This document shows, piece by piece, positions 10,300 through 22,959 of a DNA stretch of 64,000 nt (positions within the stretch are counted from its first letter, which is position 1; every line of letters starts with the position of its first letter). The notes beneath the pieces are model-generated. The model saw only the letters and a list, made by a program, of their open reading frames with translations, was not told where the DNA came from and did not search any database. This DNA comes from Mobula hypostoma (lineage: Eukaryota), in contig NC_086097.1 of assembly GCF_963921235.1 (NCBI RefSeq), positions 246,948,001 to 247,012,000 on the forward strand, written 5' to 3'. Position numbers and translations under genes: made by a program.

Positions 10300-13200
10300 C
10301 CCATCGGCATTTGGAATTAATTAGTAAGAACAAATTAAAGGAAGCCAGGGCAAGCGCTGTGGCCATCATCAGAGTGGTGGTCTTGAGCGTTTCTTTCCTT
10401 TGACTTTCTCTGAGTGAAGGCTCTCTTTGCTGAAGCCTTGAAGAGCTAAAGCCTCAAGTTTTTTTTTTCTTTCTCTTCTTTATATCTGCTCAGCTAGGAC
10501 AGTAGAGATGCCAGGTAGGATAGTGAAATGGTCCTCTTGCAGGATGTGGGAAGGCAGGGAGACCTCCAGTGACCCTGACGACAACTGCAAGAAGTGCATC
10601 TGGCTGCAGCTTCTAACACTCCGCATTAAGGAGCTGGAGCTGCAACTGCATGAACTCCTGATCATTCGGGAGGCTAAAGGGGTGATGGATTGGACATATA
10701 GAGAGGTAGTCACACCCAAGGTGCAGGACACAGGAAGCTAGGTGACAGTCAGGATGGGGAAAGGGGTTAAGGAGCCAGTGCAGAGTATCCCTGTGGCCAT
10801 CCCCCTCAACAACAGAAACAACAGATATATCACTTTGGATACTGTCAGGGAGGGGAGAGGGGGTGGGTGTCCTAATAGAGTAAAGTCACAGCGGTCAGAT
10901 CTCTGCACTGAGTGTGTGTCTGTGACTCAGAAGGGAGGGGCATGCTGTGGTGATAGGGATTCATTAGTTAGGAGAACGGGTAGGAGGTTCTGTGGGCAAG
11001 AACGAGATTCCCGGATGCCAGGGTCCAGGGTATCTCGGATCGAGTACTCAGTATTCTTAAGTGGGAGGGTGAACAGCCAGAAGTCATGGTCCATGTAGGT
11101 ACCAATGACATGGGCAGGATGAGTGTCGAGGTTCTGCATAGGGAGTTGGGTGTTAAGTTAAAGGGCAGGACATCCAGCGTTATGTTCTCAGGATTGCTAC
11201 TCGTGCAACATGCTAGTGAGGCTAGAACTAGGGAGATTATACAGTTTAATACGTAGCTAAGGAGTTGGTGTAGGAGGGAGGGCATAAGATTTCTGGATCA
11301 CTGGGCTCTCTTCCAGGGAAGGTGGGCCCTGTACAGACAGGACGGATTGCATTTGAACTGGAGGGGGACTAATATCCTAGTGGGAAGGTTTGTTAATGCT
11401 GCACGGTGGGGTTTGAACAAGAGTTGCAGGGGGATGGGAACCAGAGTGCCAGAATAATTAGTGGAGAGTTTGTGGAGGCAGATGTTGTTAAGACCTCAGA
11501 CAAAGTTATGAATCAAAAAGTTGAGCATGGTGCGACTAGTGTCCTGAGCTGCATATATTTATTGCAAGAGTAACGTAAGAAAGGTGGACAATGGTGCTGA
11601 AAATGAGGCAGCTGGTTTACAAACAGAGGCATTGTATAGCGAGAATAGGGCAAAATTGCAGTCAGCAGGATGAGTTGCAACGTAAGAGGTGGACAAAATC
11701 GAAAGACTTTGTGATTGCAAGACCCTTTTGGGCATCGATAATGTGAGGTGGCACAGGCCTGTTTCCCTTGATTGGTGGGGAGACGAGTGACAAAACAGCA
11801 GTGTTGCCTTGGTTGTAGCGAGGACCAGGCCTTAAGCGGGCTCGCCTACTGCTGCAGTCCAGGTGAGACAGTGCTTGAGGTGATATCGTGTGGAGTTTGT
11901 GCTCAGTTGGGAGCTGGCTTCTCCTGCCAGTGCCCTCCAGTGTTCGACTAGCTGAAGGAGGCTGGATTGCCTGGAGCTGTACCATCAATTTGCACGTCGC
12001 TCGGACTATACAGGTGTCTTCTTGAGTAACAATGAGTGAGTGTGAGTGTGTGTGTGTGTGTGTGTGTGGTTTTTTCTGTCTCTCACTATTTTTGAATGTA
12101 GGTTATGCACATAGGCCCCAGAAGAACGCTGTCTCATTCGACTATCCATGTATGGTCTGAGTGATAATTAAATTTGAATTGATTTGATTTTGAAAGGGTG
12201 AATACAGGACTGATGGTGTTGTATGATGGTGTTGTGCTTAATGTACGGAATAAGGTAGATGAACTTACAGCACAGTTGCAGATTAGCAGGTCTGATGTTC
12301 TAGGTATCAGTAAATCATAGCTGAAAGATTATAGCTGGGAGCTTAATGTCCAAGGGTACTCATTGTATCGAAAGAATACACAGGAAGGCAGAGGGGCAGC
12401 GTTGCTCTGTTGGTAAAAAATGAAATCAAGTCTTCAGAAAGAGGTGACATAGGGTCAGAAGATGTTGAATCATTGTGGCTAGAACTAAGGACCTGCAAGG
12501 GTAAAAATACCATGATGGGAATTGTACACAGATCCACCAAGCAGTAGTAAGGATGTGGCCTACAAATTATAACGGGAGATAGAAAATGCATGCTAAAAGG
12601 ACAATGCTACAATAGTCATGGGGGAGTTCAATATACTGGTACATTGGGAAAATCAGGTTGGTGCTGCATTACAGGAGGGGCAATTTCTAGAGTGCGTACG
12701 AGATGGCTTTTTAGAGCAGCTTGTTGTTGAACCCACTAGAGAACAAGCTATTTGGGTTTGGGTGTTGTGCAATGAACCAAAATTGATTAGATCAGAGTGC
12801 TTATGGTAAAAGAACCTTTCAGGTCAAGTGACCATAATATAATCAAATTCATCCTGAAATTTAAGAAGGAGAAGCTAAAGTCAGATGTGTCAGTATTACA
12901 GAGGAGTAAAGGGAATTACAGAGGTATGAGAGAGGAGTTGTCCAGAAATGATTGGAAAAGGTCATTGGTGGGGATGACGGCAGAGCAGCAATGGAATTTC
13001 AGGAAGCAATTCGGAAGGCACAGGATATACACGTCCCAAAGAGGAAGAAGGATTCTAAAGGAAAGATGACACAATCAAAGCTATTCAGAGAATTCAAAGC
13101 CAACATAAAAGCCAAAGAGAGGGCATACAATAGATCAAAAATTAGTTGGAAATTAGAGGATTGGGAAGTTTTTAAAAACCAACAGAGGGCAACTAAAAAA

Positions 13201-13978
13201 GTCGTTAAGAAGGTAAAGCTGGAATATGAAAGTAAGCTAGCCTATAATATTAAAGAGGATACCAAAAGTTTCATTAAATACATAAAGTGTAAGAGATGCG
13301 GGAATGGATATCAGACCGCTGGAAAACGATGCTGGAGAGGTAGTAATGGGGGACAATGGAATAGTGGATGAACTGAACAAGTATTTTGCAACAGTCTTCA
13401 CTGTGGAAAACACTAGCAGTATGGTGGAAGATCCAGGTGTCTGGGGTATGAAGTGTGTGAAGTTACCATAACTAGAGAGAAGGTTCTTGGGAAACTGAAA
13501 GGTCTGAAGGTAGATAAGTCACCTGGACCAGATGGTGTGCACCCCAGGGTTCTGAAAGAGGTGGCTGAAGAGATTGCGGAGGCATTAGTAATGATATTTC
13601 AAGAATCAATAGGTTCCGAAATAGTTCTGAAAGACTGGAAAATTGCAAATGTGATTCCACTCTTCAAGAAGGGAGAGAGGCAGAAGAAAGGAAACTATAG
13701 GCCAAGCAACACACACAAAATGCTGGAGGAACATAACAGGCCAGGCAGCATCTATAGAGTACAGTCGCCATTTCAGTCGGAGACCCTTCGGCAGTCCTTT
13801 TTGCTGTAGGTAGATTTTCTCTTGTTTATGGTTGGAAAACTAAAACCCAGTTAGTTTGATCTCAGTGGTTGAGAAGATGTTGAAGTCTATCATTAAGGAT
13901 GAGGTCTCAGAGTACTTGGAGTCAGCATGGTTTCCTCAAGGGAAAATCTTGCCTGACAAATCTGTTGGGGTTCTTTGA
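10300..13978 (+). mobile_element. Old CR1 LINE 5' part (ORF1 zinc-finger/esterase remnant and ORF2 endonuclease), heavily mutated; continues at ~16865-18060
   Basis: ORF 10508-10741 (CRMWE..CKKC..ELELQL), VGTND-like esterase block near 11095, and ORF2 motifs MGEFN, SDHN and KSPGPDG. RT and 3' end resume after the young CR1 insertion. Confidence 0.85.
11706..12191 (+). mobile_element. Unclassified non-autonomous retroposon containing a (GT)n microsatellite (~12035-12068)
   Basis: Interrupts the CR1 and is flanked by GAAAG (11701-11705 and 12192-12196). Its 3' end matches the reverse complement of 26335-26410. Confidence 0.55.
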
Positions 13979-13979
13979 A

Positions 13980-16858
13980 AAAAGAGGATTTCTTGGAATG
14001 TATGCGGGATGGTTTTTTGAACCAACATGTCGAGGAACCGACTAGAGAGCAGGCTACTCTGGACTGGGTTTTGAGCAATGAGGAAGGGTTAATTAGCGAT
14101 CTTGTCGTGAGAGGCCCCTTGGGTAAGAGTGACCATAATATGGTGGAATTCTTCATTAACATGGAGAGTGACATAGTTAATTCAGAAACAAAGGTTCTGA
14201 ACTTAAAGAGGGGTAACTTTGAAGGTATGAGACGTGAATTAGCTAAGATAGACTGGCAAATGACACTTAAAGAATTGACGGTGGATATGCAATGGCAAGC
14301 ATTTAAAGGTTGCATGGATGAACTACAACAATTGTTCATCCCAGTTTGGCAAAAGAATAAATCAAGGAAGGTAGTGCACCCGTGGCTGACAAGAGAAATT
14401 AGGGATAGTATCAATTCCAAAGAAGTAGCATACAAATTAGCCAGAGAAAGTGGCTCACCTGAGGACTGGGAGAAATTCAGAGTTCAGCAGAGGAGGACAA
14501 AGGGCTTAATTAGGAAGGGGAAAAAAGATTATGAGAGAAAACTGGCAGAGAACATAAAAACGGACTGTAAAAGCTTTTATAGATATGTAAAAAGGAAAAG
14601 ACTGATAAAGACAAATGTAGGTCCCCTGCAGACAGAAACAGGTGAATTGATTATGGGGAGCAAGGACATGGCAGACCAATTGAATAATTACTTTGGTTCT
14701 GTCTTCACTAAGGAGGACATAAATAATCTTCCAGAAATAGTAAGGGACAGAGGGTCCAGTAAGATGGAGGAACTGAGTGAAATACATAGAAACATAGAAA
14801 CATAGAAAATAGGTGCAGGAGTAGGCCATTCGGCCCTTCGAGCCTGCACCGCCATTTATTATGATCATGGCTGATCATCCAACTCAGAACCCAGCCTTCC
14901 CTCCATACCCCCTGACCCCTGTAGCCACAAGGGCCATATCTAACTTCCTCTTAAACACAGCCAATGAACCGGCCTCAACAGTTTGCTGTGGCAGAGAATT
15001 CCACAGATTCACCACTCTCTGTGTGAAGAAGTTTTTCCTAATCTCGGTCCTAAAAGGCTTCCCCTCTATCCTCAAACTGTGACCCCTCGTTCTGGACCTC
15101 CCCAACATCGGGAACAATCTTCCCGCATCTAGCCTGTCCAATCCCTTTAGGATCTTATACGTTTCAATCAGATCCCCCCTCAATCTTCTAAATTCCAACG
15201 AGTACAAGCCCAGTTCATCCAGTCTTTAGGGAAGTGGTGTTAGGTAAATTGAAGGGATTGAAGGCAGATAAATCCCCAGGGCCAGATGGTCTGCATCCCA
15301 GAGTGCTTAAGGAAGTAGCCCAAGAAATAGTGGATGCATTAGTGATAATCTTTCAAAACTCGTTAGATTCTGGACTAGTTCCTGAGGATTGGAGGGTGGC
15401 TAATGTAACCCCACTTTTTAAAAAAGGAGGGAGAGAGAAACCGGGGAATTATAGACCACTTAGCCTAACATCGGTGGTGGGGAAACTGCTGGAGTCAGTT
15501 ATCAAGGATGTGATAACAGCACATTTGGAAAGCGGTGAAATGATCGGACAAAGTCAGCATGGATTTGTGAAAGGAAAATCATGTCTGACGAATCTCATAG
15601 AATTTTTTGAGGATGTAACTAGTAGAGTGGATAGGGGAGAACCAGTGGATGTGGTATATTTGGATTTTCAAAAGGCTTTTGACAAGGTCCCACACAGGAG
15701 ATTAGTGTGCAAACTTAAAGCACACGGTATTGGGGGTAAGGTATTGGTGTGGGTGGAGAATTGGTTAGCAGACAGGAAGCAAAGAGTGGGAATAAACGGG
15801 ACCTTTTCAGAATGGCAGGCGGTGACTAGTGGGGTACCGCAAGGCTCAGTGCTGGGACGCCAGTTGTTTACAATATATATTAATGACTTGGATGAGGGAA
15901 TTAAATGCAGCATCTCCAAGTTTGCGGATGACACGAAGCTGGGTGGCAGTGTTAGCAGTGAGGAGGATGCTAAGAGGATGCAGGGTGACTTGGATAGGTT
16001 GGGTGAGTGGGCAAACTCATGGCAGATGCAATTTAATGTGGATAAATGTGAAGTTATCCACTTTGGTGGCAAAAATAGGAAAACAGATTATTATCTGAAT
16101 GGTGGCCGATTAGGAAAAGGGGAGGTGCAACGAGACCTGGGTGTCATTATACAGCAGTCATTAAAAGTGGGCATGCAGGTACAGCAGGCGGTGAAAAAGG
16201 CGAACGGTATGCTGGCATTTATAGCGAGAGGATTCGAGTACAGGAGCAGGGAGGTACTACTGCAGTTGTACAAGGCCTTGGTGAGACCACACCTGGAGTA
16301 TTGTGTGCAGTTTTGGTCTCCTAATCTGAGGAAAGACATCTTTGCCATAGAGGGAGTACAAAGAAGGTTCACCAGATTGATTCCTGGGATGGCAGGTCTT
16401 TCATATGAAGAAAGACTGGATGAACTGGGCTTGTACTCGTTGGAATTTAGAAGATTGAGGGGGGGATCTGATTGAAACGTATAAGATCCTAAAGGGATTG
16501 GACAGGCTAGATGCGGGAAGATTGTTCCTGATGTCGGGGAGGTCCAGAACGAGGGGTCACAGTTTGAGGATAGAGGGGAAGCCTTTTAGGACCGAGATTA
16601 GGAAAAACTTCTTCACACAGAGAGTGGTGAATCTGTGGAATTCTCTGCCACAGCAAACTGTTGAGGCCAGTTCATTGGCTATGTTTAAGAGGGAGTTAGA
16701 TATGGCCCTTGTGGCTACAGGGGTCAGGGGGTATGGAGGGAAGGCTGGGGCAGGGTTCTGAGTTGGATGATCAGCCATGATCATAATAAATGGCGGTGCA
16801 GGCTCGAAGGGCCGAATGGCCTACTCCTGCACCTATTTTCTATGTTTCTATGTTTCTA
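13980..16858 (+). mobile_element. Young 5'-truncated CR1 LINE nested in the old CR1
   Basis: Long open frames 13975-14785 and 15234-16475 with full RT motifs. One frameshift in the G-run near 16460. Ends in a (TTTCTATG)n tail. Confidence 0.95.
14785..15227 (-). mobile_element. Inverted 3' fragment of the same young CR1 family inserted inside the previous copy
   Basis: Reverse complement of ~16415-16855. The junctions replace about 4 bp (GTTA) of the target seen intact in the paralog at 19995-20015. Confidence 0.93.
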
Positions 16859-16864
16859 TAACTT

Positions 16865-18060
16865 CAAATAACAAACAGGAAAATCGGAGGAGAACAAAGG
16901 AGAATTGGTTGATGTTGTGTACTTGGATTTTCAGAAGGCCTTTGACAAGGTGCCACACATGAGTCTGCTTAACAAGCTATGAGCACATGGTATTACAGGG
17001 AATATTCTAACATGGATAAAGATGTGGCTGGTGGCAGAAGGCAAAGAGTGGGAATAAAGGGTGCCTTTACTGGCTGGCTGCCAGTGACTAGTGGTGTTCC
17101 TCAGGGGACTGTGTTGGGACCGATTCTTTTTGACATTATACGTCAATGATATGGTTGATGGAATTGATGGCATTGTTGCAAAGTTTGCAGACGATATGAA
17201 GATAGGTGGACTGGCCTTGTGGAAATAGAAAGGCTACAGAAGGACTTAGACAGATTAGGAGAATGGGCAAAGAAATGCAGATGGAATACATGTCAGGTCA
17301 TGCACTTTGGTAGAAGAAATGAATAGGTTGACTATTTTCTAAATGGAGAGAAAGAGGTGCAAAGGGAATTGGGAATCCTTGTGCAGGATTCTCTGGAGGT
17401 TAATTTGCAGCTTGAGTCTGTGGTGAGGAAGGCAAATGCAATGTTAGCATTCATTTCAAGAGGACTAGAACATAAAAGCATGGATGTAATGTTGAGACTT
17501 TATAAAGCACTGATGAGGCTTCACTTGGAGTATTGTGAGCAGTTTTAGGCCCCTTAGAAAGGATGTGCTGAAATTGGAGAGGGTTTATAGGAGGTTCATG
17601 AAAATGATTCCAGGATGGAATGGCTTGACATATGAAGAGCATTTGATGGCTCCGGGCTTGTATTCACTGTAATTCGGAAGAATGAGCGGTGACCTCATTG
17701 AAACCTTTCGAATGGTGAAAGTCCCTGATAGAGTGGATGTGGAGAGGATGTTTCCTATGGTGGGAGAGTCCAAGACCAGAGGACACAGTCTCAGAATAGA
17801 GGAGCATTTTTTGGAACAGAGACTAGGAGGAGTTTCTTTAGCTAGAGAGTGGTGAATCTGTGGAATTCTTTGCCACAGGGAGCTGTGGAGGCAAAGTCTT
17901 GATGTATATTTAAGGCAGAGGTTGATAGATTCTTGATTGGTCAGGGTATGAAGGCATATGGGGTGAAGGCAGGAGGAAAATTTGATCAGCCATGATGAAA
18001 TGGCACAGCAGACTAGATGGGCCAAATGGCCCAATTCTGCTCCTATAATTTATGGTCTTT
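16865..18060 (+). mobile_element. Old CR1 RT and 3' end (continuation of 10300-13978)
   Basis: Degenerate LDFQKAFDKVPH, SGVPQG, KFADD and LEYCEQF motifs followed by the CR1 3' UTR. Confidence 0.85.
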
Positions 18061-18456
18061 AAATTATTCTCTCTTACTCACTTTTTCAAATTCAAATTAC
18101 CTCATTGAACTCCATCCCACTATTCACTTACTTTAAAAACATCTAAAACCCATGACCTATATTTTTGTCACCTTTCCAGCAGCTCTTAATTTGGCTTTGC
18201 ATTCAATTTAATCTGTCTGTTACTTTAATGGAAAAATCTCCTAAAATAAGCAATTGAGTTTAATCTGTAGCTAATATGCCTACTTTGATTTCCTTCAGTG
18301 GAACTCACTGAAAATCACTAAAGACAGGAGTCTATATTCTTTACAATGGAAGTTTGTCTTCCAACTCATAGAAAATAGAAAATAGGTGCAGGAGTAGGCC
18401 ATTCGGCCCTTTGAGCCTGCACCGCCATTATTTATGATCGTGGCTGATCATCCAAC

Positions 18457-21330
18457 TCAGAACCCCGCCCCAGCCTTCCCTCCATACCCCCTGACCCCCG
18501 TAGCCACAAGGGCCATATCTAACTCCCTCTTAAATATAGCCAATGAACTGGCCTCAACAGTTTCCTGTGGCAGAGAATTCCACAGATTCACCACTCTCTG
18601 TGTGAAGAAGTTTTTCCTAATCTCGGTCCTAAAAGGCTTCCCCTCTATCCTCAAACTGTGGCCCCTCGTTCTGGACTTCCCCAACATCGGGAACAATCAT
18701 CCTGCATCTAGCCTGTCCAATCCCTTTAGGATCTTATACGTTTCAAACAGATCCCCCCTCAATCTTCTAAATTCCAACGAGTACAAGCCCAGTTCATCCA
18801 GTCTTTCTTCATATGAAAGTCCTGCCATCCCAGGAATCAGTCTGGTGAACCTTCTTTGTACTCCCTCTATGGCAAAGATGTCTTTCCTCAGATTAGGGGA
18901 CCAAAACTGCACACAATACTCCAGGTGTGGTCTCACCAAGGCCTTGTACAACCGCAGTAGTACCTCCCTGCTCCTGTACGTGAATCCTCTCGCTATAAAT
19001 GCCAGCATACCATTCGCCTTTTTCACCGCCTGCTGTACCTGCATGCCCACTTTCAATGACTGGTGTATAATGACACCCAGGTCTCGTTGCACCTCCCCTT
19101 TTCCTAATCGGCCACCATTCAGATAATAATCTGTTTTCCTATTTTTGCCACCAAAGTGGATAACTTCACATTTATCCACATTAAATTGCATCTGCCATGA
19201 ATTTGCCCACTCACCCAACCTATCCAAGTCACCCTGTATCTTCTTAGCATCCTCCTCACTGCTAACACTGCCACCCAGCTTCGTGTCATCCGCAAACTTG
19301 GAGATGCTGCATTTAATTCCCTCATCCAAGTCATTAATATATAATTAATATATATTGTAAACAACTGGCGTCCCAGCACTGAGCCTTGCGGTACCCCACT
19401 AGTCACCGCCTGCCATTCTGAAAAGGTCCCGTTTATTCCCACTCTTTGCTTCCTGTCTGCTAACCAATTCTCCACCCACACCAATACCTTACCCCCAATA
19501 CCGTGTGCTTTAAGTTTGCACACTAATCTCCTGTGTGGGACCTTGTCAAAAGCCTTTTGAAAATCCAAATATACCACATCCACTGGTTCTCCCCTATCCA
19601 CTCTACTAGTTACATCCTCAAAAAATTCTATGAGATTCGTCAGACATGATTTTCCTTTCACAAATCCATGCTGACTTTGTCCGATCATTTCACTGCTTTC
19701 CAAATGTGCTGTTATCACATCCTTGATAACTGACTCCAGCAGTTTCCCCACCACCGATGTTAGGCTAAGTGGTCTATAATTCCCCGGTTTCTCTCTCCCT
19801 CCTTTTTTAAAAAGTGGGGTTACATTAGCCACCCTCCAATCCTCAGGAACTAGTCCAGAATCTAACGGATTTTGAAAAATTATCACTAATGCATCCACTA
19901 TTTCTTGGGCTACTTCCTTAAGCACTCTAGGATGCAGACCATCTGGCCCTGGGGATTTATCTGCCTTCAATCCCTTCAATTTACCTAACACCACTTCCCT
20001 AATAACATGTATTTCGCTCAGTTCCTCCATCTCACTGGACCCTCTGTCCCTTACTATTTCTGGAAGATTATTTATGTCCTCCTTAGTGAAGACAGAACCA
20101 AAGTAATTATTCAATTGGTCTGCCATGTCCTTGCTCCCCATAATCAATTCACCTGTTTCTGTCTGCAGGGGACCTACATTTGTCTTTACCAGTCTTTTCC
20201 TTTTTACATATCTATAAAAGCTTTTACAGTCCGTTTTTATGTTCCCTGCCAGTTTTCTCTCATAATCTTTTTTCCCCTTCCTAATTAAGCCCTTTGTCCT
20301 CCTCTGCTGAACTCTGAATTTCTCCCAGTCCTCAGGTGAGCCACTTTCACTGGCTAATTTGTATGCTTCTTCTTTGGAATTGATACTATCCCTAATTTCT
20401 CTTGTCAGCCACGGGTGCACTACCTTCCTTGATTTATTCTTTTGCCAAACTGGGATGAACAATTATTGTAGTTCATCCATGCAACCTTTAAATGCTTGCT
20501 ATTGCATATCCACCGTCAATCCTTTAAGTGTCATTTGCCAGTCTGTCTTAGCTAATTCACGTCTCATACCTTCAAAGTTACCGCTCTTTAAGTTCAGAAC
20601 CTTTGTTTCTGAATTAACTATGTCACTCTCCATCTTAATGAAGAATTCCACCATATTATGGTCACTCTTACCCAAGGGGCCTCTCACGACAAGATTGCTA
20701 ATTAACCCTTCCTCATTGCTCAAAACCCAGTCCAGAATAGCCTGCTCTCTAGTTGGTTCCTCGACATACATTGGTTCCTTGACATTCCTCGTCATCCACC
20801 TTATTACGAATGTATGTGGGATGGTTCCTCAACCATCCCACATACATTCCAAGAAATCCTCTTCCTCTGCACCTTTACCAATTTGGTTCACCCAGTCAAC
20901 ATGTAGATTGAAGTCACCCATTATAACTGCTGTTCCTTTATTGCACACATTTCTAATTTCCTGTTTAATACCATCTCCGACCTCACTACTGCTGTTAGGT
21001 GGCCTGTACACAACTCCCACCAGCATCTTCTGCCCCTTAGTGTTATGCAGCTCTACCCATATCGATTCCACATCTTCCCGGCTTATGTCCTTCCTTTCTA
21101 TTGCGTTAATCTCTTCTTTAACCAGCAACGCCACCCCACCTCCCCTTCCTTCATGTCTATCCCTCCTGAATATTGAATATCCCTGAACGTTGAGCTCCCA
21201 TCCCTGGTCACCGTCTGTGATCCCAACTATATCATAATCATTAATAACAATCTGCACTTTCAATTCATCCACCTTATTACGAATGCTCCTTGCATTGACA
21301 CATAAAGCCTTCAGGCGCTCTTTTACAACT
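18457..21330 (-). pseudogene. CR1 ORF2: APE endonuclease plus reverse transcriptase, disrupted
   Basis: NARSIRNK, GGGVAL, YRPP, MGDFN, SDHN, then RT motifs through KFADDTK, in ORFs 20829-21539, 20499-20795, 19119-20462, 18697-19329 and 18457-18696. Confidence 0.92.
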
Positions 21331-21544
21331 CTCTTAGCCCTTATACAATTATGTTGAAAAGTGGCCCTTTTTAATGCTTGCCCTGGATTTGTCAGCCTGC
21401 CACTTTTACTTTTCTCCTTTGTACTTTTTGCTTCTACCCTCACTTTACACCCCTCTGTCTCTCTGCACTGGTTCCCATCCCTCTGTTGTGAACTAACCTC
21501 CTCACGCCTAGCCTCTTTAATTTGATTCCCACCCCCCAACCATT

Positions 21545-22476
21545 CTAGTTTAAAGTCACCTCAGTAGCCCCCGCTAATCTCCCTGCCAGGATATTGGTCC
21601 CCCTAGGATTCAAGTGTAACCCGTCCTTTTTGTACAGGTCACGCCTGCGCCAAAAGAGGTCCCAATGATCCAAAAACTTGAATCCCTGCCCCCTGCTCCA
21701 ATCCCTCAGCCACGCATTTATCCTCCACCTCATCGCATTCCTACTCTCACTGTCGCGTGGCACAGGCAGTAATCCCGAGATTACTACCTTTGCGGTCCTT
21801 TTTCTCAACTCCCTTCCTAGCTCCCTATATTCTCCTTTCAGGACCTCATCCCTTTTCCTACCTATGTCATTGGTACCTATGTGTACCACGACCTCTGGCT
21901 CCTCACCCACTTCAGGATATCTTGGACACGATCAGAAATATCCCGGACCCTGGCACCAGGGAGGCAAACTACTATTCGGGTCTCTGGACTGCGTCCACAG
22001 AATCGCCTATCTGACCCCCATACTATCGAGTCCCCTATCACAACTGCCCTCCTCTTCCTTGCCCTACCCTTCTGAGCTACAGGGCCAGACTCTGTGCCGG
22101 AGGCACGGCCACTGTCGCTTCCCCCGGGTAAGCTGTCCCCCCCAACAGTACTCAAACAGGAGTACCTGTTGTTAAGGGGCACAGCCACCGGGGTACTCCC
22201 CATCACCTGACTTTTCCCCTTCCCCCTCCTAACCGTGACCCACTTGTCTGCCTCCCGTGGCCCCGGCGTGACCACCTGCCTTCCACTCCTCTCTATCACC
22301 TCCTCGCTCTCCCTGACCAGACGAAGGTCATCGAGCTGCAGCTCCAGTTCCCTAACGCGGTCCCTTAGGAGCTGCATCTCGATGCACTTGGCGCAGATGT
22401 AGACGTCCGGGAGGCTTGGAGACTCCAGGGCCTCCCACATCCGACACCGAGAACAGCAAACTGCCCTCACACTCAT
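21545..22476 (-). pseudogene. CR1 ORF1: zinc finger, coiled coil and SGNH esterase-like domain, frameshifted
   Basis: CSRCRMWE..CAKC, RVRELELQLDDL, IGDSIV, CLPGARV, HIGTNDI and DGLHLN in ORFs 21877-22500 and 21545-21910. Confidence 0.88.
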
Positions 22477-22638
22477 AATGCCCCTCTCCTCAAACAGCAA
22501 CAGAAAATGAATGTCAAACCTTCCTCGCCTCGCCCGCTTCCGCCTAAGCCCGGTGAGCCGAAGCCCTTATGTCTTCACTCTGCTCCCGGCTCACTCCGCA
22601 GCCCGCAAACTACGCTGCCCGCTCTATGGGGCTTTGTT

Positions 22639-22959
22639 CCTTTTAAATCTGCCGCGCTGCACTGCCCGACGTCACACGCCTGCGCAGTCCCACCTCTCAG
22701 AACGCCGTTGGAAAAAAAAATAACGAAAATTTCAAAAATGTCTTTCTCGGCACTCCCACTCAGACTCTCAGACTCCTTCTTCGAATCAAACCCGAAGCAG
22801 GATGTCTGCCCTTTTAAATCTGCCGCGCTGCACAGCCCGACGTCACACGCCTGCGCAGTCCCGCCTCTCAGAAAGCCGTTGGAGAAAAAAAATAAAGAAA
22901 ATTTCAAAAATGTCTTTCTCGGCACTCCCACTCAGACTCTCGGACTCCTTCTTCGAATC
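22639..22959 (-). promoter_or_regulatory. Two tandem ~172-bp CpG-rich monomers at the CR1 5' end (putative internal promoter)
   Basis: 22639-22787 and 22810-22959 are near-identical. On the minus strand each has a GC-box-like GG(C/T)GGG, TGCGCAGGCG, TGACGTC and TTTAAAAG in that order. Confidence 0.65.

Larger units (their letters stand above)
18367..22959 (-). mobile_element. Full-length young CR1 LINE (5' UTR, ORF1, ORF2, 3' tail), inactivated
   Basis: All parts are present in order. Lesions: ORF1 frameshift ~21910, small EN deletion ~21212, complex insertion 20768-20830, stops near 20499, 20465 and 18697, and an 11-bp duplication at 19333-19354. Confidence 0.95.

Noticed and set aside
15234..16475. 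Prokaryotic RT system (retron, group II intron, DGR) or CRISPR array
   Set aside because: The RTs are CR1/Rex1/L1-type with APE endonucleases in a spliced-gene context. No repeat-spacer array is present in the window.
18434..19126. 230-aa plus-strand ORF (also 34716-35408, 20359-21186, 15668-16072)
   Set aside because: These are antisense shadows of CR1 ORF2 that recur in every copy, with no independent protein features.
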